A stretch of 60,357 nt of DNA from an uncultured Candidatus Marinamargulisbacteria bacterium (GTDB lineage Bacteria; Margulisbacteria; Riflemargulisbacteria; GWF2-35-9), in assembly GCA_903910705.1 (NCBI GenBank), contig CAIWAN010000083.1, positions 1-60,357 of the forward strand, given 5' to 3'. The notes beneath the pieces were generated by a model. That model searched no databases. It saw nothing but the letters and a program-made list of their open reading frames with translations, and was not told the origin of the DNA. Made by a program: the position numbers and the translations under genes. This document shows positions 28,166 through 37,184 of this stretch, piece after piece. Positions within the stretch are counted from its first letter, which is position 1. Each line of letters starts with the position of its first letter.

Positions 28166-28914
28166 TTGCTTAAATTCTCTAAAAATGACTTCGTAAAGAT
28201 CGAATCATCCAACTTAGTGGTCGAAATACCCGATATCTCAACAAGGGACTTGTTGCCTTTTTCAAACTCATCGACAAAAAGTCCTTTTATCCAGACAAAA
28301 CGATCATTGATGGTGGTGTATTTAAGAAAATACGCAGATTCCATTAAGGTTCCAGAAAGCGAATAGGATTGTTCTTTTAAGGGTAGAAAATTATCTTTTC
28401 TTACCCAATAGACAACGGTTGGATACTTTACATCCTTCACTTTGCCAAGCAACTTAAATTTGTACACGGGGATGTCGCCCAGTTTCTCTTCAGCGACGAG
28501 TTCCTTGCCCTTAATATCGATTTCGGGCTTATACAGGTCGACTAGCTTTCGTTTTTCAAAATCGTCTGCGCTAGCGTCTGATCCGCCGATGCTTTCATCG
28601 CGGTTGACATGTTGAAAGGTTCGGGTGTTACGACGATACATCCAAAAGTTATCCGCCATCTTCAAGTACCCATTCCCTTTTTCAACTTCGGGTTCGGTCA
28701 TCAAGATCAAAAAGGCATCGTCCTGATCCCGTCGGTAATAGACCATCGTCATGTTCTTGGGGCTTTGATCGACTTTTTGTTGGGTCATCTTCACTTTAGC
28801 CGTAATATCGGATTTCATTTCTTGCAGGTCATCGAGTTTTTGCATCATGTTTAGCACACTGGGCTGTGCGGCAAAGGATAAAGTCAAAAGAACGGGGATC
28901 ATGATTCGTTTCAT
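28162..28914 (-). CDS. LolA-like outer-membrane lipoprotein-sorting family protein
   Basis: 250 aa with a signal peptide. Its size and position directly downstream of the FtsX-type permeases fit the LolA_like family usually found in such operons. The motif-level call is weak. Confidence 0.55.
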   Translation of the reverse strand: MKRIMIPVLLTLSFAAQPSVLNMMQKLDDLQEMKSDITAKVKMTQQKVDQSPKNMTMVYYRRDQDDAFLILMTEPEVEKGNGYLKMADNFWMYRRNTRTFQHVNRDESIGGSDASADDFEKRKLVDLYKPEIDIKGKELVAEEKLGDIPVYKFKLLGKVKDVKYPTVVYWVRKDNFLPLKEQSYSLSGTLMESAYFLKYTTINDRFVWIKGLFVDEFEKGNKSLVEISGISTTKLDDSIFTKSFLENLSK

Positions 28915-28928
28915 ATAGAGCCTCCTAG

Positions 28929-30626
28929 TTATTCAAAATGTCTGAGTGCCTCTGCGGCGGATATCCGTGCAGCTCGACGGGCAGGGAAGTAGGCAGTTAT
29001 TACCGCGATCGTTACGATGAGGATCAAATTCATGATGACAGTGATCGGATTGACCACAAAATGCAGGTGTTTATCAACCAGAAGAATGCTGAAAAAAGAG
29101 TCCGTTTGAATCGTGATCGCCCCCAACCCTGCAATGATAAGAAGCCCCACGATCACCCCTGAAAGCGTCGAGAATACACTCAAAAAGAACGTTTCCAGAA
29201 CGAAGGTCATCAAAACATCGCGACGCTGCATGCCGATGGCGCGAGTGGTTCCAATTTCTCGTGTTCGTTCACGGATGGTCATCCGAAGCGTATTGATAAC
29301 CCCGATCAAAATAATAAAAAATAGCACCAATACAGCGATCATCGTCACCATATTGAGTACGCCCTCCATTTTAACAACGGCGCTTGCGGTTTCGTACATG
29401 GTGCGGACATCAATATAGGCAACCCCTGACTTTTCATTATTCAGGTCTTTCATCCGTTTGGTGAACTCTTTAGTGGTGCTACTACGGGGAAGAATATCAA
29501 AATCATTCCCCAGGTTGGCTTTAAAGGGGCTTTGCTTGAGGGTCGCCCAAAGGAGGTCCGAACTCGGAATGATCGGGGGAATATTGGCATAATATTCTTT
29601 GTAGAAGGATTGATCCAAAACAAGGATCGTCCCTGTTGGGAGCTTGTAGGTGCGATTATCATAGATTTTGACAACATTGAGAGTCCACTCGATAGGGGAA
29701 CGCTCAAATCGAGCGGCATGCGTCAAGGACATCACGTTGCCCGTTGTGAGATGAAGTGTTTGGGCCATATCGAGGGGTATCCACGCCGCATTGAGGGTAG
29801 TGTTTGACGCATGATGCTTTTGTTTAAGACACATCACCCAATTAGGCGATATGCCGGCTATATTTGAGGGAATGACGGCTATATTACTGGTTAAAATATC
29901 ATGCAGGTGATTGGCTTGTTCGATAGCCGATTTGGGCTTTTTCAGCACCAGTTGAAGGGCCCCCGTCTCCTGTGGCCGTAAGCCCATTAAGGCTTTCATG
30001 TCAGTTGGGTTGAGGTAAACCGCAAAGTCCATATACGCATTCTTCGATTTCAACAAGCCGACCACCGTCAGCATGGCTGTTTGAGACTGACCATAAACGG
30101 TTTGAAGCCGGATCCGAATTTGATCATTAAGCGTAACCCCCAACGATTTGGCTTTGCCTTCGGTGATAAAGATCGGATTAACGACCGAGCGATCATGATA
30201 GGCTTCATAGGAGCCACCGATCAAACTAAAATAGTTGCGCTCATCCTCGGAAAGCTTGTTCATGTTAATGTCCACACCAACAATAACCATCAAGTCGCTT
30301 TTGCCTTTGCCAATTCCCCGACAGGTGGTGCTCAAGTTATCCTTGATCTCGATTAGCCCCGAAATATTGGACGTGATCAAGGATACATACGCCGCTCGAT
30401 CCCGCATAACGGGGGTTCGGAACCGTCCATTCTCAATGACATCCACTTCCATGTGACCGGCGATGAAAACGATCATTTTATTAAAAAGCGTGTCAGAGAT
30501 ACCATGTGAAAATGCATTCGCGACGATCAAGATACTCATACCAAAGGCGATCGCAGCGCCCAAGAAAAGATTGCGCCGTTTTTGGCGGAAAAGATTTCGA
30601 AGGCTAAGTCGTGTAATGAGTCCCAT
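28929..30626 (-). CDS. MacB/FtsX-family ABC transporter permease (large periplasmic domain)
   Basis: 'LSLRNLFRQKRRN' N-terminus, one TM helix, a periplasmic domain of about 400 aa, then the FtsX C-terminal 3-TM module ending 'AARISAAEALRHFE'. Start trimmed to M35, just after the upstream stop. Confidence 0.8.
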   Translation of the reverse strand: MGLITRLSLRNLFRQKRRNLFLGAAIAFGMSILIVANAFSHGISDTLFNKMIVFIAGHMEVDVIENGRFRTPVMRDRAAYVSLITSNISGLIEIKDNLSTTCRGIGKGKSDLMVIVGVDINMNKLSEDERNYFSLIGGSYEAYHDRSVVNPIFITEGKAKSLGVTLNDQIRIRLQTVYGQSQTAMLTVVGLLKSKNAYMDFAVYLNPTDMKALMGLRPQETGALQLVLKKPKSAIEQANHLHDILTSNIAVIPSNIAGISPNWVMCLKQKHHASNTTLNAAWIPLDMAQTLHLTTGNVMSLTHAARFERSPIEWTLNVVKIYDNRTYKLPTGTILVLDQSFYKEYYANIPPIIPSSDLLWATLKQSPFKANLGNDFDILPRSSTTKEFTKRMKDLNNEKSGVAYIDVRTMYETASAVVKMEGVLNMVTMIAVLVLFFIILIGVINTLRMTIRERTREIGTTRAIGMQRRDVLMTFVLETFFLSVFSTLSGVIVGLLIIAGLGAITIQTDSFFSILLVDKHLHFVVNPITVIMNLILIVTIAVITAYFPARRAARISAAEALRHFE

Positions 30627-30628
30627 GA

Positions 30629-32173
30629 TTAGTCCTTTGCAATGGCATGGAGCGGGGTAATTTGTCGGGCAACCCGCATGGGGTATAACGTCGAAATAAC
30701 GGTAACGATCGAAAGTTGAATCAAACAAGCAACGATATCGCCCATCGTCAGAAAGGGATGGAATCGCGCCCCGCCATAGAGGAGTTGGAGCATATCATTA
30801 TCCGTCGATAACCCGATCCACGACAAGATCGTGATGGTGATCAACCCAACAAGAATCCCTAACCCTCCAAAAAAGAACGACAAGAACGCCGTTTCACTAA
30901 AAAACATTTTCGAAATAAACCCCTTTCGGGCACCCACAGCTCGCATCATGCCGATCTCACTGACCCGCTCAAGCGCCGCCATGGAGAGGGTATTCATAAT
31001 AATGATGATCGCGACAAAAAAGATGAACATCACAAAGATGAACAGGGACGCTTTAATGATCGTTGCCAATTCGGCGATCTCGCCTAAGGCTTGCCGCCAT
31101 GTTATGACACGGACACCATAGGGTTTCAGGTCTTGGTTTAGCACATTGACCGCTTTAAGCAGTGGAACACCCGATTTAAGTTTGATAAAGATCATATTAT
31201 ACATCCCCGCATCCACATCCAGATGGTTCTCCGTGACGACGAGGGTTCGTGCCGTTTCTTGTTTTACCGAATGGATCGAGTAATCCGATGCGCTTGATCC
31301 GGCCGAACCAAACATCGTCTCGTTTGAAAAAAGATCATCATCGGAAAGGTCGGCATTTGTTAATAGACTCGCTTGCTCTTTATTGAGGGTAACATGACTC
31401 TCGGCCGCCGTGGTGTAACCAAAACATTCCCGATACGTCTCAATATCGACGAGATTAGAAATACCAATAAAGGTATCCAGTGCCTTAAATTTAATGATCC
31501 CCAGCACGGGTGGCATGATATCCATTGCAGAGGTTTTGTCATTCATGCCCATAAAGACCATCTTTTCTTTGACGCGAAGGGTTCCTTTTGTATACGCCGT
31601 CAGAGCTTCTTTTGATAGATTAGCCGTCACCAGCTTGGCGCCCTCGGGGATAACCCAATAATTTAAAAGATACTCATAATTTGTTCGACGGTTAAATTCG
31701 GTTAATAAGAGGCCACGCTCGCCGTCTTTTGGTTGACGACCTTCTAAGACCCGAAACTTATCAGGGAACATGGTGCGATACTGCTTGAAATCGACCCCAA
31801 TAATAAAGTTAAAGTCAGGGTCTCCTTCGTCGCTCATCACCATCGGTGTACCTTGGGCGGCAGGGACATAATGGTCGATCATTTTATGTTGTTTCAAGAC
31901 TGAACGGAATTGGATGAAATTATTGATCGGCTCACTGGCGGCACCACTCATCGGGGTAAGCACCGCATTGTTGATCTGCTTGCTCGATATCACCAACAAG
32001 TCACCCGTGAAGCTATTGACGATATTATCTTTCAAACCACGATCAAGACCGGTAATGATGCCGCTGCCGACCGTCATCAAAAAAGCCCCTAAAAAGAGGA
32101 TCACGCCAATAACAAGACTTTTGCCTCGATGACGAAAGATATTTCTCCATGCGATAGTGAAAATAAGGGGCAT
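30629..32173 (-). CDS. MacB/FtsX-family ABC transporter permease (second paralogue)
   Basis: 'IAWRNIFRHRGKS' N-terminus, a large periplasmic domain, and an FtsX C-terminal module ('ERVSEIGMMRAVGARK'). Confidence 0.8.
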   Translation of the reverse strand: MPLIFTIAWRNIFRHRGKSLVIGVILFLGAFLMTVGSGIITGLDRGLKDNIVNSFTGDLLVISSKQINNAVLTPMSGAASEPINNFIQFRSVLKQHKMIDHYVPAAQGTPMVMSDEGDPDFNFIIGVDFKQYRTMFPDKFRVLEGRQPKDGERGLLLTEFNRRTNYEYLLNYWVIPEGAKLVTANLSKEALTAYTKGTLRVKEKMVFMGMNDKTSAMDIMPPVLGIIKFKALDTFIGISNLVDIETYRECFGYTTAAESHVTLNKEQASLLTNADLSDDDLFSNETMFGSAGSSASDYSIHSVKQETARTLVVTENHLDVDAGMYNMIFIKLKSGVPLLKAVNVLNQDLKPYGVRVITWRQALGEIAELATIIKASLFIFVMFIFFVAIIIIMNTLSMAALERVSEIGMMRAVGARKGFISKMFFSETAFLSFFFGGLGILVGLITITILSWIGLSTDNDMLQLLYGGARFHPFLTMGDIVACLIQLSIVTVISTLYPMRVARQITPLHAIAKD

Positions 32174-32175
32174 AT

Positions 32176-32865
32176 CTACTCGGTGATCAGCCCATCCTTG
32201 ATCTTAACAATCTTTTTGGCATAGGCGAGAACATTGTGATCGTGCGTGGAAAAGATAAACGTCGTATGTTCTTTTTGGTTCAAGTCGCGCATCAATTCGA
32301 GGATCTGATTGCCCGTTTCGCTATCAAGATTGGCCGTCGGTTCATCAGCAAGAATAATCGCCGGTTGGGTGACAAGGGCGCGCGCAATGGCAACGCGTTG
32401 ACGCTGTCCACCCGAAAGTTCAGCGGGGCGATGTTGGCTGTGTTCACTCAGTCCGACAGCTTCAATAAGGCGCTCTGCTCGGGATCGCACCTCAGTTTTT
32501 GAGAATGTTTTCATCAGTAGTAAAGGGAACTCGACATTTTCGATGACATTCAAGACGGGGATCAAGTTAAACGTCTGGAAAATAAATCCGATCTTATAAA
32601 GCCGAAGGTCGGTGATTTGTTTGTCGTTCATCGTGGTTATTTCTTGTCCATCGATCACAACAGAACCCGACGTTGCTTGGTCGATACAGCCAATAATGTT
32701 AAGCAAAGTGGTCTTTCCACTGCCAGACGGCCCCACAATCGACATAAAATCGCCTTTACTCACGGTCAGATCGACACCTCGCAGGGCATGAACCGTTGTA
32801 TTTCCCAGAGGGTATTCTTTAGTAACAGAAGAAAGATGAATAAGGGGCGTTGTCGAGATAGCCAT
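32176..32865 (-). CDS. ABC transporter ATP-binding protein (MacB/LolD type)
   Basis: Walker A 'GPSGSGKTT', Q-loop, signature 'LSGGQRQRV', Walker B 'ILADEPT'. Start trimmed to 'MAISTTPLIHL'. Confidence 0.9.
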   Translation of the reverse strand: MAISTTPLIHLSSVTKEYPLGNTTVHALRGVDLTVSKGDFMSIVGPSGSGKTTLLNIIGCIDQATSGSVVIDGQEITTMNDKQITDLRLYKIGFIFQTFNLIPVLNVIENVEFPLLLMKTFSKTEVRSRAERLIEAVGLSEHSQHRPAELSGGQRQRVAIARALVTQPAIILADEPTANLDSETGNQILELMRDLNQKEHTTFIFSTHDHNVLAYAKKIVKIKDGLITE

Positions 32866-32995
32866 AGCAAAAATTTTAACAATATTGCCAATAAACCGCA
32901 ATAAGATTCGCTGACAATGGATTAGTCGACCCTCTGTTTTTTCTGCTTATTATCGAAAAATTGTCAACAATTTTACGTTTTATTGAAATATGCCC

Positions 32996-33024
32996 TTGAA
33001 AGTGGCGTGGTTGCTGAGTATGAT
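32996..33024 (+). promoter_or_regulatory. sigma70-like promoter TTGAAA-17 nt-TATGAT upstream of the acyltransferase gene
   Basis: TTGAAA at 32996..33001 and TATGAT at 33019..33024. GGGAGA RBS at 33035..33040, ATG at 33045. Confidence 0.35.
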
Positions 33025-33044
33025 ATTTTTTGCAGGGAGAAAAC

Positions 33045-33836
33045 ATGACGAAAACAATCATACAATCCAAGGATACTTCAACAACCGACAAAAAGGTCAT
33101 TCAGAATCCAGATTTATCAATTTTGAAGAAAAAAAATGTTCCCCCTAGGCAAATACAGCGTCAACGTAAAAACTCAAAAATCATTTTTTTCTACAGATTG
33201 TATTTTAACTTTGTAATGAGGATATCTTTGTTCGCTTTTGAAAGGATTCTTAAGGGCAAAGTAAGTGGACTCAATAATATTCAAAATACGCCCGCTTGCG
33301 TATTGGTTATTAATCATGTTAGTTACTTTGACTGGATGGTTGTTTATTCATATTTTAGATTAAAACACGGTATATCGATTACTTTTCTAGCAAAGGAAAA
33401 GTTATTTAATCATATAATTTGGAGGCCATTAATGATTTGTGCTAACTGTATCAAGGTTCCTGAAAAAAATAATTTTTCTGAATACAAAATATTTTTAAAA
33501 CGAATACGCACTGAAAATCATATTATTGGCGTTTTCCCCGAAGGCACCAGATCTGTAGATGGCAAAATTAGCAAGGTAAAGGATGGTGCTACTGACATAG
33601 CTATTAAAAAAAGATGGCCTATTATCCCTGTTGGCTTGGTCGGTTTCTATGAGTTTTGGCCTAAGGGCAAGCTAATGCCTAAATTATTTTTTAATAAAAA
33701 TTTTATTCCAGTCAAAATTAGTATTGGCAAACCTATATTCCTAAATCCGGATATTTCAATTTTTATTCGAAAAGATATGACAAAGATAATAATGTCCAAA
33801 GTTGCCGGTCTTTGCAAGCAGGAGCTTTCATCATAA
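33045..33836 (+). CDS. lysophospholipid (1-acyl-sn-glycerol-3-phosphate) acyltransferase family protein
   Basis: HX4D motif 'NHVSYFDW', 'FPEGTRS' motif and 'IIPVGL'. AT-rich codon usage. Confidence 0.8.
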   Translation: MTKTIIQSKDTSTTDKKVIQNPDLSILKKKNVPPRQIQRQRKNSKIIFFYRLYFNFVMRISLFAFERILKGKVSGLNNIQNTPACVLVINHVSYFDWMVVYSYFRLKHGISITFLAKEKLFNHIIWRPLMICANCIKVPEKNNFSEYKIFLKRIRTENHIIGVFPEGTRSVDGKISKVKDGATDIAIKKRWPIIPVGLVGFYEFWPKGKLMPKLFFNKNFIPVKISIGKPIFLNPDISIFIRKDMTKIIMSKVAGLCKQELSS

Positions 33837-34405
33837 ATAAAAAGATTTCAATAGTTGTTGATTTCGATGGAACAATAGTTAAAACGACTATATATGACCC
33901 AATTATTATTTTTTTTAGAAAACATAAGTTCGGACATCTAATATTTATTTTATATTTCTTTTCCCCTTTAATCTTCGTACTTGACAGAATAAATCGATCA
34001 TTTCATCTTAAACTATATTATCTTCTATTCCACGATATTCTTTCATCTTTTGACGCTTTTGATGAGTATTTTCAATATTTAGATAGTCGGCCAATTTTGG
34101 CAACTCAAGATTTTTTAAAGAAGTATGCTAACGCAAATATATTAATTATTTCAACAAGTTCGTCAATTATTGATAGGTATATCCAAGAAAGGTTCAATCC
34201 AACAATGATATTTTCAATTGATGTAAATAACTTTAAGGCAGACAAGTCATTTTCTAAAAAAACCGCTATGCTATCAATTATGAAAAATGAAAACGCAAGG
34301 AGTTACTTCATTGGGATTGGCGATTCGAAGCAAGACTTAGACTTTATTAAATTATGCGATGAGGGATTCTTGGTTAAAAACGATGCCTTGATAAGAGTCA
34401 AATGA
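33812..34405 (+). CDS. HAD-superfamily (subfamily IB-like) hydrolase
   Basis: Motif I 'VVDFDGT', motif II 'IISTSS', motif IV 'GIGDSKQDLDF'. No in-frame ATG lies near the N-terminus, so the start (TTG at 33812, overlapping the upstream gene) is uncertain. Confidence 0.55.
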   Translation: MQAGAFIINKKISIVVDFDGTIVKTTIYDPIIIFFRKHKFGHLIFILYFFSPLIFVLDRINRSFHLKLYYLLFHDILSSFDAFDEYFQYLDSRPILATQDFLKKYANANILIISTSSSIIDRYIQERFNPTMIFSIDVNNFKADKSFSKKTAMLSIMKNENARSYFIGIGDSKQDLDFIKLCDEGFLVKNDALIRVK

Positions 34406-36720
34406 AAATATTTATACTCTTTAGCTCTTTGGTAAATATTGCTAGTTTCTCTGGCGTATTATTGCTTTTAACTTTAAATCTTAAGCAAAAGAAATTCTCG
34501 GATTATTTGTTTATTTCGTTTACGTTTTTTGGCCTTATTTGGCAAACTATCTTGTATTTTTTATTATTTGTAATAAATGACATCTATTACGCCATTATTT
34601 GTCAAAAGGCTGTTGAATACTCTTCGATTTTCACAGCTCTTTCTCTTTATTGGTTCCTTCTATATTTTGGGAATATTCAGAGAAAGTATCCCCTTCTTCT
34701 GATCGGTAGTTTTTCGTCAATTGCTCTTATTGTTGCATCAATTTTTATTCCAATTTCGAGTACAACGAGTCCGATTCTTTTTTTTAATTTCTGGGCAACT
34801 CAAGGCCCTCTATTTCCGTTGTATTTTTCTCTTTTATTCTTCTTATATTCATTACCTCTCTTTTTTCTTATATATTCATACCTCAAGAACAACAATCGAG
34901 ACTCACGTATTCTTGTAATTGGGCTTCTAATTTGTATATCGGGGGGCTTCACCAATTGGTTCCTTTGGTTCAATATAATGATCCCTCCATTTGGAGATAT
35001 ATCATTATCAATATACGCTGTAATATTTTTTTATGCTGTTGTACGGCATCATATTTTTGAAATTGAAGTAGTTGTAAAACGCAGTACCTATTTTTTATTT
35101 TTTATTTTGGCTGTTATTTTCCCTGCTGTTCTCTTTCTGAATTATTTTCTCGAACTTTTTAATTTTGTTTCATCTACCCCCAAAATCCTTATTAATGCTG
35201 TATTCTGGACAATTGTCGTTTTGGCATCTGATAGAATTCAACTGTTTCTTAGAAGAGTCACAGATCATTTGTTTTTTAAAGCCGACTATGATTTTGATGC
35301 GATTGTTGAGGAGTGTTCGAAGACATTGTTAGAGGTTACGGATTTTAAGATGTTGCTATTTTTTCTTGAAGATGTGGTTAATCGTGTGCTTAAGACCAAT
35401 CGATTTGGGATATTTATTCGAAATAGGATAGATAAAGATTTCTCGCTACTCAACACGGCTAACTACGCCGATGTATTGAACAATCAACGTCAGCATCAAG
35501 AGCAAACCGCTATTCAACTAAATGGAGATAGTATTCTTGTTCAAAAGCTTTTATCGGGTGAAAAGAATGCGGTATTTCTTGATGATCTAAAGAAAGAATT
35601 CAAGATCACCAAAGATCCGCTGCTGGATGAAGCTATTACTTTAATGGCGGCACTAGACTCGGAATTACTCGTCGCTAGCGTCCACCATAATGATATAAAA
35701 GGTGTGGTTGTTCTGGGAACAAAAAAAAGTGGGGATCGTTTTACCTCAAAAGATGTTCGATTGCTGTCTTATATCGTTAATCAAGAATCCTTGGTCATTT
35801 CAAAACTGTTTGAGATCGAGGACAAAGCCATGATGATGCTAGAGAAGGATTGGTCGGATAAATATCAACGTGAATTGGAGGCAAAGAACAAACAACTCCA
35901 AGTCGCGATGAATGACCTCAAAATTGCCCAAGACAAGTTGATCGAAGAAGAACAGCTCGCCGCCATGGGGAATCTGGCCGGTGAGGTGGCCCACGATATC
36001 CGAAACCCGCTGAGTTCAATGAATCGATTGATCCAATACCTTGTCGATAACGGGGTGATTTCTAACAGTGAGCAAATCCTAGTCAGCTTGTACCAAGAAC
36101 ATACAAACGACCCCAAAATAACCGAGAAAATTCGACTCCTCCTTTCAAATAATATCGATCTAAAACAGACGTTTCATGAAATTATCGATATCAACCATAA
36201 GCTACGAAAAATTGCGAATGACTTCCTCGAATATTCCAAAACCTCAAAAGACATCCCCACCGAAAAAATTAATATCCAGAGTCAAATATCCAGCATTGTT
36301 TCCGATTACGATCTACTGGCTAAAGAAGCCCATATTAGCCTTACACGAGAGCTAACTTCTACTCAAAATGTCGTTATGTTCCCCCAACAGATCGAACGCA
36401 TTACTCGTAACATTTTGGATAATGCGTTCAAAGCGATCGAAGAAATGGACGACATAAAAGAAAGGGCTCTTTCGGTTCGACTATGGGATGATCAGAAATG
36501 GATCCGACTTGAAATTAAAGATTCGGGCATTGGGATGGACGCCGATCATCTCTCGAAAATATTCAAACCGTTCTATACTCGACGAAAAAACTTGCAAGGG
36601 ACAGGACTCGGACTCGCTATCGTCAAAAAGATCATCGACGAAGCCAAAGGGACCATAGACGTCACCACCGAACTAGGGCAGGGGACAACGTTCTCGATCG
36701 CATTCCGAGCAGTCGAGTAG
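34402..36720 (+). CDS. sensor histidine kinase with N-terminal multi-TM (7TM-type) sensor region
   Basis: About 7-9 hydrophobic helices in the first ~290 aa. A coiled coil follows. H-box 'EVAHDIRNPL'. HATPase_c 'IKDSGIGMD' and 'GTGLGLAIVKKI'. Confidence 0.85.
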   Translation: MKIFILFSSLVNIASFSGVLLLLTLNLKQKKFSDYLFISFTFFGLIWQTILYFLLFVINDIYYAIICQKAVEYSSIFTALSLYWFLLYFGNIQRKYPLLLIGSFSSIALIVASIFIPISSTTSPILFFNFWATQGPLFPLYFSLLFFLYSLPLFFLIYSYLKNNNRDSRILVIGLLICISGGFTNWFLWFNIMIPPFGDISLSIYAVIFFYAVVRHHIFEIEVVVKRSTYFLFFILAVIFPAVLFLNYFLELFNFVSSTPKILINAVFWTIVVLASDRIQLFLRRVTDHLFFKADYDFDAIVEECSKTLLEVTDFKMLLFFLEDVVNRVLKTNRFGIFIRNRIDKDFSLLNTANYADVLNNQRQHQEQTAIQLNGDSILVQKLLSGEKNAVFLDDLKKEFKITKDPLLDEAITLMAALDSELLVASVHHNDIKGVVVLGTKKSGDRFTSKDVRLLSYIVNQESLVISKLFEIEDKAMMMLEKDWSDKYQRELEAKNKQLQVAMNDLKIAQDKLIEEEQLAAMGNLAGEVAHDIRNPLSSMNRLIQYLVDNGVISNSEQILVSLYQEHTNDPKITEKIRLLLSNNIDLKQTFHEIIDINHKLRKIANDFLEYSKTSKDIPTEKINIQSQISSIVSDYDLLAKEAHISLTRELTSTQNVVMFPQQIERITRNILDNAFKAIEEMDDIKERALSVRLWDDQKWIRLEIKDSGIGMDADHLSKIFKPFYTRRKNLQGTGLGLAIVKKIIDEAKGTIDVTTELGQGTTFSIAFRAVE

Positions 36721-36731
36721 AATATCCTCCC

Positions 36732-37184
36732 TTATCCCCGTTTATCTTCGAAAAATTCACGCATGATATGTTGGCATCGAGCTTGAGGAATGTATTCATA
36801 ATCGACTCGATGAGGGAGTAATTTGTCGTCGAGCAAGGTGTATTGGCTTAACACACAGCCTGTTTTATCATCAAGGGCAGCAAAGTATACTTTCCGAAGC
36901 CTTGACTCGATCAAAGCCCCCGTACACATCGCGCAAGGCTCTAAAGTGACATACATATCGCAATCATCCAGTCGCCAAGTGCCAAGCTGAGTGCAGGCAT
37001 CCGCAATGGCAACCATTTCAGCATGCAGCAAAGCATTATTCTTTGAGATACGCTGATTATATCCTCGACCGACAATTTCCCCATTACGAACCATTACGGC
37101 CCCCACGGGGACCTCGTTTATCGAAAATGCTTTCTGTGCTTCCAGAAATGCTTGATTCCAATAATAGTCAGGATCGGTACTCAC
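36732..37184 (-). CDS. tadA: tRNA adenosine(34) deaminase
   Basis: Zinc motifs 'HAEMVAI' and 'PCAMCTGAL'. 150 aa. Confidence 0.9.
   Translation of the reverse strand: MSTDPDYYWNQAFLEAQKAFSINEVPVGAVMVRNGEIVGRGYNQRISKNNALLHAEMVAIADACTQLGTWRLDDCDMYVTLEPCAMCTGALIESRLRKVYFAALDDKTGCVLSQYTLLDDKLLPHRVDYEYIPQARCQHIMREFFEDKRG

Noticed and set aside
33001-33016. Sigma54-like 'TGGCGTGGTTGCTG' upstream of the acyltransferase gene.
   Set aside because: The GG-to-GC spacing is 7 nt rather than the required 10 nt. The same region fits a sigma70 -35/-10 pair better.
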